Source of the DNA: Prorocentrum cordatum
Lineage: Eukaryota
NCBI GenBank assembly: GCA_963575745.1
Contig: CAUYUJ010000248.1
Coordinates: 310,001 to 374,000 of the forward strand
Length of the DNA: 64,000 bases
Direction of reading: 5' to 3'
The position numbers and the translations under genes are program-made. The notes beneath the pieces are model-generated. The model saw only the letters and a list, made by a program, of their open reading frames with translations. It had not been told where the DNA came from and ran no database searches. Shown here one piece after another: positions 63,096 through 64,000 of this stretch. Position 1 is the stretch's first letter; every line of letters starts with the position of its first letter.

Positions 63096-64000
63096 TTTTT
63101 CCCAACCCTCCCTTGGTTGGGTTCTCGTTTTGAATAGAGCTTTGGGGTTCTTCTCCTTCTCTCCCCCTGCCTCCCTTTCGCCTGCCTGCACCTGCCGGGT
63201 GAGGGACCGCACAGTGGGGTCTCCTTCTCTCCGCTCGCATCCCTCTTGGGGGCAGCGAAGCGTGAAACTGTCGCCACTTTCGATGGCTGCTGGGGGAGCC
63301 CGCACAGTGCGGCCCCACGCAGACCCCAAAAAGACCTCGCCACCCCTGGGGGGCTGCGAAGTGTGAAATTGTCTCCACTTTCGAGGACTGCCTGCGGAGC
63401 CCGCACAGAGCGGCCCCACGCAGACACAAAAAAGACCTCGCCACCCCTGGGGGGCTGCAAAGTGTGAAATTGTCCCCACTTTCGAGGACTGCCTGCGGAG
63501 CCCGCACAGTGGGGCCCCACGCAGACCCAAAAAAGACCTCGCCATCCCTGGGGGGCTGCGAAGTGTGAAATTGTCCCCACTTTCGAGGGCTGATAGGGGA
63601 CGCCCGTACAGTGGGGCCACACGCAGATCCAAATGGTACTTCGCCATCCCTGGGGGGCTATATATGAAGAGTGAACGTGTCGCTACTTTTGAGGGCTGCT
63701 GGGGGAGCCCGCACAGTGGGGCCCCACGCAGAACCCCAGAAAGACCTCGCCATCCTTGGGGAGCTGCGAAGTGTGAAATTGCTCCACTTTCGAGGACTGC
63801 TGGGGGAGCGGGCACAGTGGAGCCACACACAGATCCAAACGGCACCTCGTCATCCTTGGGGACTTGGGGAGCTATGGGGAGCTGTGAAGAGTGAATAGGT
63901 TGCCACGTTTGAAGGCTGCTGGGGCGGCAGCAGGTGAGCCCTACGCAGAACCCCAGAAAGACCTCGCCATCCCTTGGGGGCTGCGAAGTGTGAATCTGTC
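63096..64000 (+). mobile_element. HINE-like 5' end followed by a ~120-bp tandem repeat related to the 56188-57160 unit; runs off the window
   Basis: TTTTCCCAACC-CTCCCTT-GGTTGGG hairpin then TTCTCGTTTTGAA; repeats of GACCTCGCCA(T/C)CCCTGGGGGGCTGCGAAGTGTGAAATTGTC. Confidence 0.6.

Noticed and set aside
1..64000. Numerous long homopolymeric ORFs (poly-V, S, L, T, H, D, E, M)
   Set aside because: They are translations of microsatellites, with no domain signal.

Overview
Eukaryotic, GC-rich, extremely repeat-rich DNA. The mix of microsatellites, retroelement types and intron style suggests a dinoflagellate (Prorocentrum-like); this is an inference. Most ORFs in the track are microsatellite artefacts. 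Real coding content: (1) A 6.05-kb Penelope-like retroelement (4414-10468, minus) bounded by ~190-bp direct repeats. Its GIY-YIG endonuclease lies N-terminal to the reverse transcriptase, and it carries three extra same-strand ORFs, including an RD/RS-rich coiled-coil protein and a small membrane-protein candidate. (2) A 5.9-kb decayed tyrosine-recombinase retrotransposon (36378-42270, plus) with A-B-A-B split direct repeats, gag-like, RT/RNase H and YR regions, a C-terminal C5 cytosine methyltransferase, and a 5' Cys-rich/TM ORF. (3) A host gene (59961-62779, plus) that appears to fuse a SMYD-type SET domain to a 2OG-Fe(II) oxygenase. It is interrupted by a 110-bp palindromic insertion and a 402-nt transposon-derived GT-AG intron. 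The window also holds a family of non-autonomous elements with a 5' hairpin and asymmetric subterminal inverted repeats (Helentron/HINE-like), each enclosing a different tandem array, including a near-perfect 77-bp x ~18 array. Several MITEs and kb-scale tandem duplications are also present.
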